Shown: positions 47,675 to 58,551 of the stretch, piece by piece | Layout of the letters: every line of letters starts with the position of its first letter | How positions within the stretch are numbered: the stretch's first letter is position 1 | Source: Hamiltosporidium tvaerminnensis FI-OER-3-3 | Lineage: Eukaryota; Fungi; Microsporidia | Assembly: GCA_022605425.2 (NCBI GenBank) | Contig: CM061246.1 | Location: forward strand, 1,240,001-1,304,000 | Length of the DNA: 64,000 nucleotides | Direction: 5' to 3' | Notes under the pieces: generated by a model | The model's input: the letters and a program-made list of their open reading frames with translations, nothing else | Database searches by the model: none | Told to the model about the DNA's origin: nothing | Translations under genes and position numbers: made by a program

Positions 47675-48325
47675 TTTTTTTTGGGTGTTTATATAATTGC
47701 AAATAATATTAATCTAATAGTACAATTTATTTTTAATATTTCTGTATCTTCGTTTCGCAAGTAATATTTACATCATAATACTTCATATTGGCTTACAACC
47801 AATGCTTTATTTTATTAAAATTAAAAGAAAAATAATTTTATAATTCTTAACGGAAACATTAAATTTTACAATTTTTATCGAAACACACAAAATATTGCTT
47901 TAAACAGAATTTAAAGGAAAATAAGAAACTAAATAAACAATAAATAGAAAATTTAAAAATTTATTGCAAATATTAATACCAAATCTTAATTTATTTCATT
48001 TAGAATTTCTGAGATAAAAAAGAAAAACTGAAAATGATACAACAAATTTAAGCTTTTGCTTTAAAGAATTAAAAAAACCAAAAATTTATTTATAATCTAC
48101 GACAATTTACAAATGAATTGTCCATAAAAAATTCTAATATTTTGTTTTCCACTTCACTATTAAAATCATAAATCAAATCTTCTTTATTCACCTTTTTCTG
48201 TGAACGGTTAAGAATAATTTTATAAGAATAAACTTTTTTTCACTTTGATTTTAATTTTTAATTTTCTTTCACAGAAAATAAAAAAACTGAGTCATAGAGA
48301 GAGAAACTCATAACTAATTATCAAT

Positions 48326-50152
48326 TCAAAATTTCATATCATTTATTTGATTTTCTATTTTTATCAATCCATCATATGCAACCTCAACAATACTAATATC
48401 TTCTGTTGTACTGATAGCTTGTTTAATTTTGTAAATTACACAATTTACACGTTTTTTTGCCAAATTTACATCATCAATTTCATCTTTAAAAGTATTAAAA
48501 GATAATGAAGATGTGGTAATTGACGATGAATCTCTATACAAAGTATTTTCAATTGAATTTCTTATAAAATATTTATTTGGTGACTTTTTATTTTTAATTT
48601 TGTCATAAAAAGATTGCGGTGCACCTGATATCTGTTTTTTCGGACTTTTTTGATTTCCTTTAATTCTATACGCATACCTCAGTGTATTCAATGAATGATC
48701 TACACAGAATACCGAGGGATTGATTGTTGCTAAAATACAGGTTTTTGAAACCCCAATGAGTGAATTTTTCAAAATTTGAGTTAATTTACTTTGCCTAAAA
48801 GGAAGATGTTTAAATTTTTTATCCAATCCTCTTATACACTCTTTAAGAGCCAAGAGACTTTTATTTATTTCTGCACCTTCATTTTTGGTGTTACTTGCTA
48901 CCGTTTTTCTATCATTTCCTCTTTCACTTCCAGCCAAATCTACAAATACGATACTTTGGTCTTCAATTGATATTTTACAACTTTTTTTTTCTTCAGATTC
49001 ACAAATTTTTAAATTTTTTGAAAAATATTTTACTTCTTCAGTTGAATTTTTATTTATCTTTACGTTTTTTACTGTATTTTTCTTAATTGAAATTTTAAGA
49101 ATTGCATGTGACCTTGATGATTCTGTATTTGTATCTGTAATGCCTGTTCTTCTATGGTTTAAGCCGTGGTTTATTATTTTGCATGCATCTTCAAACGTAT
49201 TAGCTTCTTCTTGCTTTAAATCTACAAAAAATACGCTTCCTTTAAATTCCCTCATTTCGATTTTGTTTCTGTAATTTAACAAATCAAAGATTTTTTCGTT
49301 ATAAATTTCCAAAAATGAAATTTGTAGGATATTTTCGGAGTTTAAAAGATCCGTAAGTGCACGAAACACAATGCCGGTATGTGGATGGAACATTGTATGA
49401 GTCTTTCCGGTACCCGTCTGTCCATAAGCCAAAACAGTGCCGTTACCACCATTCAAAACATAACTAACTATCTCAAATACAGACTTACAATAGACTTCTT
49501 CATTTTTTGAAGAAGTGTTAAAAACAAAATCGAAACTAAAAACGTGTTGCTCAGTGTATTTTTTTAAGTCCAAACGTACTTTTGGCTCATTTAAAGTTAC
49601 TACATTCTTTTCTATGTCAATCATATCCATATCTTTTGAATCAATAGGTTTTTTTCGTACACACACTGTAATTTTACTTTTGTTAGTTTGATTTCCATCC
49701 AAAACCATGCCTGATTCTCCTTTTTTAGTTATATTTTTCTCCCTGGGTGAAACTGTAGGATGAAATGAAACTGTTTCTCTCAAATTATTTCTATTTCTTT
49801 GTAATATCTTAGAATCTTGTAAATCAGATATATGTGTATTCGTAGAAAAACGTATAGGAGATTTCAAAGATAAAGATTCTATAGGAGAAGAATTACTTTC
49901 ACTGATAAATGTAACCAAACTTTCCAATGTATTGTTTTCCTCTAAATTGTCTTGTAACTCATTCTTTATAATAGTTATAATTTCATATACTTTCCTACGA
50001 TCAGAATAGTCACTGACACCAAGTTTTTCCAAATCGGAATATTTCAATCTACAAAGCAAAAATGGTTCATCGATTCCTTTTTCTATAAAAAGTGATAAAA
50101 TGTGTAAAATATTGCGCGATTCAAAATATTTTTCTAATAAGTCTTTTGTCAT
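48326..50152 (-). CDS. Kinesin-13 with N-terminal SAM domain
   Basis: ITVCVRKKP, KVRLDLKKY (KVD-finger-like), AYGQTGTGKT, SSRSHA, DLAGSER, EINKSLLALKECIR. N-terminal LKYSDLEKLGV...DRRK is SAM-like. Confidence 0.92.
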   Translation of the reverse strand: MTKDLLEKYFESRNILHILSLFIEKGIDEPFLLCRLKYSDLEKLGVSDYSDRRKVYEIITIIKNELQDNLEENNTLESLVTFISESNSSPIESLSLKSPIRFSTNTHISDLQDSKILQRNRNNLRETVSFHPTVSPREKNITKKGESGMVLDGNQTNKSKITVCVRKKPIDSKDMDMIDIEKNVVTLNEPKVRLDLKKYTEQHVFSFDFVFNTSSKNEEVYCKSVFEIVSYVLNGGNGTVLAYGQTGTGKTHTMFHPHTGIVFRALTDLLNSENILQISFLEIYNEKIFDLLNYRNKIEMREFKGSVFFVDLKQEEANTFEDACKIINHGLNHRRTGITDTNTESSRSHAILKISIKKNTVKNVKINKNSTEEVKYFSKNLKICESEEKKSCKISIEDQSIVFVDLAGSERGNDRKTVASNTKNEGAEINKSLLALKECIRGLDKKFKHLPFRQSKLTQILKNSLIGVSKTCILATINPSVFCVDHSLNTLRYAYRIKGNQKSPKKQISGAPQSFYDKIKNKKSPNKYFIRNSIENTLYRDSSSITTSSLSFNTFKDEIDDVNLAKKRVNCVIYKIKQAISTTEDISIVEVAYDGLIKIENQINDMKF

Positions 50153-50293
50153 TTGTAGGGTTTTTTTTCTTCTTTCACTTTATATGCATTTATTTATTTT
50201 ATTTTGAAACATGTTTTGATTTATAGAGAATGTTTTAAAAAATGGTTCTAAATTTCCGTTTAATTTTGATTGGTTGGTAAATTTTATTTTTTT

Positions 50294-50541
50294 AAATTCG
50301 GATTCTAAATTTTAATTCGTTTTGTAATGCAATAGCAAATAATAAGGAATTTTTATAATTTTAAATTGTAAATTCGGATTTTAAGTTTTACTTCATTTTG
50401 CAGTTCAATAGCAAATAATAAGGATTTTTTTTCGTATTTTCTATCTAATTGTGATTAAAGTTTTAATTCCTTTTGTAATGCAATAGCAAATAATAAGGAT
50501 TTTTTTTCTTATTTTCTATCTAATTGTGATTAAAGTTTTAA
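50294..50541. repeat. Imperfect ~75-bp tandem triplication upstream of the kinesin gene
   Basis: CAATAGCAAATAATAAGGA occurs 3 times, AAATTCGGATT twice and ATTTTCTATCTAATTGTGATTAAAGTTTTAA twice. Confidence 0.8.
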
Positions 50542-51255
50542 ATTATATTATTTTTGAAAAATAGTGAAATTTCTATGAATTAAAAAATTCTACTAAACAC
50601 TAAAATAATATAATTGAATTGAATCGTTGATAAACCGATATTCTGATTTACAATGAGTTTATAGACAAACTTTTTTTGAGATTCGTTTTTTAAAGAATAA
50701 TTATTGAAGAAAAAAAGAAATTTAATTTAACATGCATTTATAAGATTTTTAATATTCGTCTTTAAAACAAATTATCGAGAAAAAAATATTTTATAACTTT
50801 CTTGGTTAAAACCTTTTTTCTCTCTTTTAAATAATTTGTTCTAACTCTTTAACCATTAACGTTTCTTCTTCTAAATCAGACTCTTCATTTATGTTTATTT
50901 TCGGTTCCTCTAATATGGTTCCTCCTTCGGGATAAGGTATATTATTTTTTGTATTGAAATTTTTAACACCATCTTCCTGGTTAATCGCTTGATTTGAAGG
51001 GGGTTTTGTATCCTTGTGCATCTCGAGTCTCTTAATAACATACATTAACGGGCTTTTCCATCTCTCTTTGGTCTTTTGTCTCGACTCAATTTCTCTTCGT
51101 CATTCAAAAGAAATAGTTTCGACTGTCTTCTTAAGTACTATGGATTGAATATATTCCTCTGCATTCATAGGTATTTGTAGTCTTTTTAGGCGTGCCTTTA
51201 GTATTTTGTCACAATTTATTCCAAGGTCTTCACATATGGAATTATCTCAACACTA

Positions 51256-51442
51256 ATACCTATTGGCGCTACGGCGCTTAAAGAGCCAAAGCCCCCTTAA
51301 GGATTTTCCTAATTTATATTATTTCGTTTCGGTTTCGTAACAATATGGTTTTGTGAGATAGATGTATTGGCCTATGTTACCTCTACTCCTATATCCAGGC
51401 TTGGGACCGGCAGAGCAGAACTCATCGTATCTCTGGCGGAAA
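51256..51442 (-). mobile_element. RTE-type short element with a twister ribozyme head
   Basis: 13-bp TSD TATCTCAACACTA at 51243-51255 and 51443-51455. Contains TGTTACGAAAC and a CGTAGCGCC 3' end like the other RTE-derived elements. Confidence 0.82.
51380..51442 (-). ncRNA. Twister (type P1) ribozyme, 3' cleavage product
   Basis: UUCCGC-CAGAG...CUCUG-CCGGUCCCAAGCCUGG-AUAUA-GGAG-UAGAGG matches P2, P3 and P4 and the GUCCCAAGC loop. Confidence 0.75.
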
Positions 51443-51677
51443 TATCTCAACACTACTCTTATAAATATGAATCAAGAATGGCTAGCAGGTCATACTTCTT
51501 AAGTTTTTCAGTTTCTACTATTTGAAGGGTATAGGGAATTAATTCCTACTTAAATCTGTTTATCATATTTTTAGTATTATCTAAAATATATATCGGGTCT
51601 ATTATTCCAAATTTTAATATTTTTATTATTTAATTTAAGTAATAATCAGAGCAAATACATCTTTTTAAAAGTAAACA

Positions 51678-51751
51678 GTAGTGGTTAAAGAGGTAGAAGA
51701 AAATATATAGAATGGTAAAAAATATCATAACCCAGAATTTTATTAAATAAA
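51678..51751 (+). mobile_element. Very short 3' fragment of the REL retrotransposon
   Basis: TAGTGGTTAAAGAGGTAGAAGAAAA...AACCCAGAATTTTATTAAATAAA. Confidence 0.85.
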
Positions 51752-51920
51752 ATCTTTAAAAATCAAAAATATTTCTTTCAGTAGTAACTATGCAACCTTA
51801 CACTTGAATATAATTTTAAATTTAATATTTGATTTATCATATGTTAATAGATTTTCAATTTCGTTATTTTTTTAACTTTGAAATACAAAATATTTTATAG
51901 ATTTTTAAAAACCCCTTTAA

Positions 51921-53957
51921 ATGGTTGAATGTTTTATAAATTTTAATGAATTAGTTGATACAAGAACAGGAATATACGCACATTTATTAGAAATAGATTC
52001 ACAAAAAATTCTTATCAACTGCGGTACAAAAACAGACCTTGATTCTTCCTGGGTAGATGAATACAAAGATTTAATACCTTCTTTAGATATAATAATACTT
52101 TCACATCTTGAGATTGCATATACAGGCGCACTCCCAAAAATAATTAATAGTGGTTTTTACGGCCGTGTATATTCAACGACACCGATACAAGTTTTAGGAA
52201 AATATGTTTTTAAAGAACAAAATTTTTCAAATTCTACATTTTCTACAAGCACCAACCAATATTTAGAAACTGATATTGATATGGCGTTTGATGGAATAAT
52301 ATCATTAAAATATATGCAACCCGTAGAAATAGGATCTGATTTATACATCTCTGCATATAATTCTGGTCATTCTATTGGTGGATCAATATGGAAAATATGT
52401 AAAGATAATGATACTATTTTGGTATGTATTGGAGTTAACCATAGAAAAGAGAATCATTTAAATGGATTGGATATTTCAATTCAAAATCCTTTTCTTTGTA
52501 TTCTCGATACCAAATATGCACTTAAACCAGTTCTAAATAGGAAAGAAAGAAATTATTATTTCTTTGGAATTTTAGAAAATGCAATTATAAACAATAAAAA
52601 GGTTTTTATTCCAGTGAAATACAGTAGGATGCCTGAAATAGCATTTTTATTAAACGAATATTTTGAAACTAAAAACGAAAAACCCGAAATGATATTATAC
52701 AGTCGATATGCAACAAGATATGTTGAAATGTTGAAAACTATGATGGAATGGAGTTGTGAATCGAATCAAAATAATTTTGTTTTTGAAAATATTAAAATTT
52801 TTAGTAAATTTTCTTTAATTCCCGAGCAAACTGATATTTATATAATAATTACTGAGAATTTTCATGATGGAAATTTTTTATTGTTTATGAAATTATTGTG
52901 TGAAAATGATGATAATTTACTTGTTTTTGTTGATAATGATATATCAGTTCCAGGAGAAAATTTAGGTGACAATATTTTATATGGAATTAAAAAAAATAAA
53001 AAATTTCAAGAAAAAACGATTCAACTAAATCTTCCTACATTTGTTTCTTTAAATGAAGAAGAATTACAGGAACATATAGCTTCTTCTATAAAATATAAAA
53101 CCGAAGAAGAAAAAAGTATTGAATCCGAGGAAGATGTATGGGAGGATGAAGCCTTACCGGACACTTTGAGAAAAGTGGCTTGGCACGAAGAAAAAACCGA
53201 TATGTGGTGTGTTTCTGGAGATGAAATGTTTCCTTTGAAAATGCCAAATAAGCCTTATGATGAATACGGCACTCTAGTAAGTAAAACGGAAGATAAAGTA
53301 TTTGAAGAAATTAAAGAAACGAATGATAAAATAAAAGAAGAAATCGAAATTATAGAAAAAATAGTTTGGGAAAAAACCGCTTTGAATTTAAATTTTGATA
53401 AAATTTTTATTGATTTTGAAGGTTTCAGTGATTATAAATCAATTAAAACTGTGTTAGAATCTATAAATCCTTCTAAACTTGTTTTTATAAATGAAAATGA
53501 CGAATATAGTAATTTTCTTTATCATTACTGTAAATATAATGATTCATTTTCTGATGTATTTTTACAGCAAAATAAAAAACCTATAAATCTTTCTTCAGAA
53601 TCTCACATTTCTAAAATAAATTTAACAGAAGATTTTTCTAAAATAAATATCAAAAAAATTGGAAATGATTTTCTTGGTGGGTTTAAAGGCAAAATTATAC
53701 AAAAGGATGGTAATTATTATCTTGAATATATCGGACCTTTAGAAAATATATGCGTTGGTAATATTCAAATGAATGTATTAAAAAGAAAAATAGTTGAAAA
53801 CGGATTTAAAGTTGAAATCAAAGGAAATATTATGATAATAGAAAATTCAATTAAAATAATAAAAAATCAAAATACTTATACTATTGAAGGAAAAATTACC
53901 AATCTTTTTATCAAAATACGAGATATGTTCTATGAAAATATTGCAATATTAGATTAA
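51921..53957 (+). CDS. CPSF2: Cleavage and polyadenylation factor subunit CPSF100
   Basis: Metallo-beta-lactamase fold with degenerate metal motifs (LINCG, SHLEIAYTGALP), SGHSIGGSIWKI, NHRKENHLNG, DEYG, IDFEGFSD. Confidence 0.88.
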   Translation: MVECFINFNELVDTRTGIYAHLLEIDSQKILINCGTKTDLDSSWVDEYKDLIPSLDIIILSHLEIAYTGALPKIINSGFYGRVYSTTPIQVLGKYVFKEQNFSNSTFSTSTNQYLETDIDMAFDGIISLKYMQPVEIGSDLYISAYNSGHSIGGSIWKICKDNDTILVCIGVNHRKENHLNGLDISIQNPFLCILDTKYALKPVLNRKERNYYFFGILENAIINNKKVFIPVKYSRMPEIAFLLNEYFETKNEKPEMILYSRYATRYVEMLKTMMEWSCESNQNNFVFENIKIFSKFSLIPEQTDIYIIITENFHDGNFLLFMKLLCENDDNLLVFVDNDISVPGENLGDNILYGIKKNKKFQEKTIQLNLPTFVSLNEEELQEHIASSIKYKTEEEKSIESEEDVWEDEALPDTLRKVAWHEEKTDMWCVSGDEMFPLKMPNKPYDEYGTLVSKTEDKVFEEIKETNDKIKEEIEIIEKIVWEKTALNLNFDKIFIDFEGFSDYKSIKTVLESINPSKLVFINENDEYSNFLYHYCKYNDSFSDVFLQQNKKPINLSSESHISKINLTEDFSKINIKKIGNDFLGGFKGKIIQKDGNYYLEYIGPLENICVGNIQMNVLKRKIVENGFKVEIKGNIMIIENSIKIIKNQNTYTIEGKITNLFIKIRDMFYENIAILD

Positions 53958-54278
53958 AACGAAAATAAAATGTTAGTATCAGATTGATAAGATTTTCTAG
54001 AATAAACACTGTAATTTAATTTTGAAACTACATTTTGGTTTGCACATTTGATTCATGTATTTAAACTTTCTAGAATATAATTTTATTTAATAAGTATTTA
54101 CACTTGATATTGTATTAAAGTTTAAAATTAAATTTGGCTGTAAAAACATTTAATTAAACTTCTTTTCTCTATTTTTACATTTGAAATGAATTTTGTAATT
54201 ATTAATTATTCGTTTAACTTTTTAAAAATCTAATTATGATTTTTCAAATTAAATTATGAAAATCTACATATATTATTC

Positions 54279-54474
54279 TTTCTTTGTTCACTTGCCACTA
54301 CTTTAAAAAGATGTGATACTTTTAAATAAAGTTATATTTTCTTTGTTCACTTGCCACTACTTTAAAAAGATGTGATAGTTTTAAACAAAGTTATATTTTC
54401 TTTGTTCACTTGCCACTACTTTAAAAAGATGTGATACTTTTAAATAAAGTAAATTAGAAATATTTTCTTTGTTC
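54279..54474 (+). repeat. Three tandem 59-bp units of target sequence plus the 3' tail of the ~720-nt family
   Basis: ACTTGCCACTACTTTAAAAAGATGTGATACTTTTAAATAAAGT occurs 3 times, bracketed by four copies of TTTCTTTGTTC. Confidence 0.9.
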
Positions 54475-54949
54475 TATTATAAAATTGTTACATACTAATA
54501 TAATAAAAATTCAATTTATTTTATATATTTCTCCAATCTTCATTTCAACGCTACAAAAAATATTTTATAAGATTTAATGCCTATAATAGGTTTTCTGTTG
54601 AAAGAATTATATTTAACTTTCTTTTAAAAAAGATTCTTAAGTTAAATATTTTAAAAAATCATTTTTTGAATTAAAAAGATAATTATGACTACTAAGGATT
54701 TATGAAATATGTCTATCAATTAGCTACCTAGAATTGAAAATTTAGAGGGTATTCGATTTTATTTTAGAATTTAAAAAGACTAACTAGACTATTATTTAAA
54801 ATGATATTAAATTTTTGATTAACTAACAATACTAGCTTGTTTATAAATAAATTAATGCAAATATAATTTTTTCTTTGATATTGAAGAATTTATCTGATAT
54901 ATATTATGATAGCAAACTTTAAAATATATATTTATACGTAAAAATTGAA

Positions 54950-57350
54950 TTTTATTTTTTTGATTTGCTTGGGAAACGGTTTAAATTTTTTATTTCTTTT
55001 AATTTTTGACCACTTCCTCTTAGATTCAAATTAATTTTGGTGTGGAGTGTAATATTCAAGTTAGGAGTTCAATACCTTGCGCTTTTGTTTTCTTGACACC
55101 TTCTTCCTCTTGCAAAATATTTTTTTAAAAGGTCTCCCAGTTCCATTTATGGCATCGAAATATGTCTTTTTCAGCTTTATAGGTTTTGGTTTTGACGCAC
55201 ATCTAATTCATCGATTGGAAGAAATAGTTTCGACTCCATTTTCGATTACTATCTACTTTTTAATAGACTCTCGCTTTTATATATCTGGAATTTCTTAATA
55301 TTCATATTTTGATACTTTGGCTCAATATCATATTGTTATAAATCAAAGACAATATAGATAATAAATTTATAAATAATCTATAATAGTAAGCTAACAAACT
55401 GTGTTTTACTCGTTTACCGGTTTCCGTAATTTGAAGCGAGTCTTATGAAATAATTTGGAATTGTAAAAAATATACTCTTGTTTAACCTCATATCCAAAAC
55501 AATAAAATATTTGCACTATCACTCAGAAATTAGAAAAAAGGTGTTAATTATTTGTCTTATTTTTACATCTGCATGCTTATTTTGAAGAATTTCTCCTATG
55601 GTGTGACAAATAATTCGTTTCGTAGACTTTAATACATCTTCACCTGAATATAGGTTTATTGTTTGCTTCACCTTATTATTTCGTCCGATTTAATCGTTTT
55701 TAAGTGTTTTTTCATATCAGTTGCTAAATTATCTACCTTGTATGTTTATGGCTTTCGCCACTTTCTGCTCTTCATAGTAAATTTTCACTCTAATTAAACA
55801 TAAAATCCCTTCTTCGCGTAATACGATGTTTTCTGTTTTAAGGATTTATGAAGAATCACGTAATGATAAAGTTTCATTTATCCAAAATTATATCACGGCA
55901 TATTTAATTTAATATTTCTTTTTCTGAATGAATGATATTTGCCATTTAGATTGGATTCTAATGGATTTTAAAGACTTCACCTTCGCTCTTATGGTTAAAA
56001 AAAGGCTCAGGGGATGATCAATTTGAAAAAAAAACTATGTCTAAAGAATCACTGCTCTTCTTGTTAAATTTCATTACTTTTTTTAAAAACTATCTAAAAG
56101 TTGCAACAAAGGCACATTTCTGCTGTGGCGGACTTATTACACCGCAAACCACTTAAAATTTATGTTAAAGAAACATATAAGCGTTCTTTACATACCGGTT
56201 GTACAAGCCTTTTTTTCGCTACCGACCCACTTGTTTCGTATCATCTATAAAAATTTGGTTACTTCAAGTCGAAGTATTCCTTTATGATAATTAATTAATT
56301 TTTCGAAATACTGTTCAGAGTTTACTTTTGTACACAAAGGTATTATAATCTTGATACTATTTTCTTTATTACTGCTGTAAATACATTTGAGTTTTCTCTG
56401 AACTTCGATTATACTTAGGCACTTATTATCATCAACTTAATGGGAAGCTTAAAAGTTTTTTTTATAAGACATGATTCGTACATAAAATTAACTCTATCTT
56501 CTCAATCTAAAGCTTTTTATATTATTCACATTACCTTTATAGGTGTAAAATTGAACAAACTACAGATAAGAGTCTGGAAAGGAATCATAAAAGGTGACAT
56601 TTCTGTTATGGAATTTCATTTTAAGCTGATTTCGTACATTTTTCTTTGTACATGTGGCTCAATTAATTCATTTAATTTACAACTACACATTCAAAAAACA
56701 TTATTGCTATTTACAATTTCTACGGTGTATATCCAGAAATCCAACCAAATATAATTACAGCCTAAGATCTCTTTTTTTAATTCATTGAATACAGGTTTAT
56801 TCTTCTTTATTTTTTAACTGTTTTTTTACACTTTTCTCGTTTTTTATGTCTTTATATTAAACGTTTGGGTATATTTTGAGTCATTGCTTTGATTTTAGTT
56901 CTTTTATAGCACTTTTGTTTAATAGGTATTGATATTTGTTCACTTAACTTCTTCTCTTTAATTCTTGCCTATTCTTAAAAGATAAATGGAATCCTCGGAG
57001 ATTTTTACGCTCTTTGTTATATAACAAATACATGGTCTTTTTATAAGTTGTTTTAAATCTTAGTCATGATAATGTATGTATCCAATAAAACTATTTCACT
57101 TGTTTTTTTATAGCTCTCTCTGAATATTTACTATATTTTCTTACTGATATTTTGAGTTTCGTAATTTACCTCTTCTAGTATTTAATTACAACATCATCTT
57201 AATTCACAATACATAAGGTTGTTTTCACATCAAATTTGTAGATATCTTCGTTTACTCAGACAAAAATTTCTCCCAAAACCTATGCCTTGCCTTAAATAGA
57301 GTTGTCTTTCGAGAAGTAATTCTCACCTCGATTCGTTCAATCTAATTTGA
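54950..57350 (-). pseudogene. Heavily decayed, distant RT/REL retrotransposon
   Basis: Remnants of VETISF (~55225), GDSLSP-like (~56010) and RPI..SN.YK-like (~56170) in the expected order. No intact frame. Ends approximate. Confidence 0.5.
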
Positions 57351-58551
57351 TTTTTTTTATCGAAAATCAACATTTCAAGTCTATTATTGCGAATTTGAAT
57401 GTTGTTTTTTATTCTGGTATTTACTCTTACCTCCATATTCTTTTTCACAAATTTCTTAAACAGTGTGACTCATTATCTGTTTTAAAGTTTCAATTGCATT
57501 TTAAACTGATAAAATAGATTTATTTGTTAAACATTTAAATATTTTAATTGTAAAAACTAGATTCCTTTTTACATATAAAAGAAGAAGTTATATAATAAGT
57601 ATTTCAGATTCTGAGTTTTTCCATATTAAATAAATTAATCAATTTCAAAAAACATCTTTAAATTTCAAAATACAAATCAAGGATTTATAAGAGAAAACAC
57701 AAAACATAAACTTAGAAGAAAAATTAAGTGATTGATGATATGATTTACTGATACATTATTACACAAAAAGAATATAAACTAAATAATAAAGTCGTATCTG
57801 CCTTAATAATTTAATAAGAGTCTTTGACGATGCACAGATGTAAATTCAATAAAATGCTGTCGATTACAATGCTATTATACAAGGCCTTTTTTCTAAGAGA
57901 AATATGTTTTTCGATTACAAATATAGAATTAAATTTGTAATTTTTATTTAATTCTCGAATTCAGAAAAACTATTGAAATCTCGAGAAAAACTTTAATTAT
58001 TACAATTTTTTTATTTCGAGAAAAACTTAAAAATAAATTCCTTATAAACAATAAAAATATGAATTTAAGAAAATACATAGGTGGTAGTTATTTGAGTGAA
58101 AAAGCGTATTCATGATATTCATTCCTATAAATACAAAAATACTTGATTTAGGTTTGATATTAAAAAAAAATGAATTGAATTTTAAACGTGAAATATACAC
58201 TATATTCAGCTTTTTAAATAATAATGAAGAATTCAAAATAAAAAATCTTTGTTTTAAAATATTATTATTAAGGATAATTATTTTGATCAATCAATAGTAT
58301 TAATCAGTCAAAAAATAGGGTTATAAAATCTTAAAAAATCCAAATTCTGATATGTAAAGAATATTCATTTTCTTAGATTGAGAGATTGAATTTTATTACT
58401 TTTAGAGTGTTTTAAATGCAAAAAATTAAACCAAGTAGAAATTTTATATTTTACCAAGAGTTAACTCGAAAAGGTTTAATTACTCCTAAATTGTTTATAA
58501 AGTATGGATATAATAAAATTTAGAAATTATAATCCTATTTCTTTGCTGTAT

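Larger units (their letters stand above)
50788..51620 (-). pseudogene. Decayed REL retrotransposon 3' portion interrupted by a SINE
   Basis: Reverse-complement homology to ~3815-4450. Acidic-tail ORF at 50827-51045. Confidence 0.85.

Noticed and set aside
58042-58297. Overlapping 82-aa and 61-aa ORFs
   Set aside because: Extremely AT-rich and low complexity, with no CCC motif or recognisable domain.
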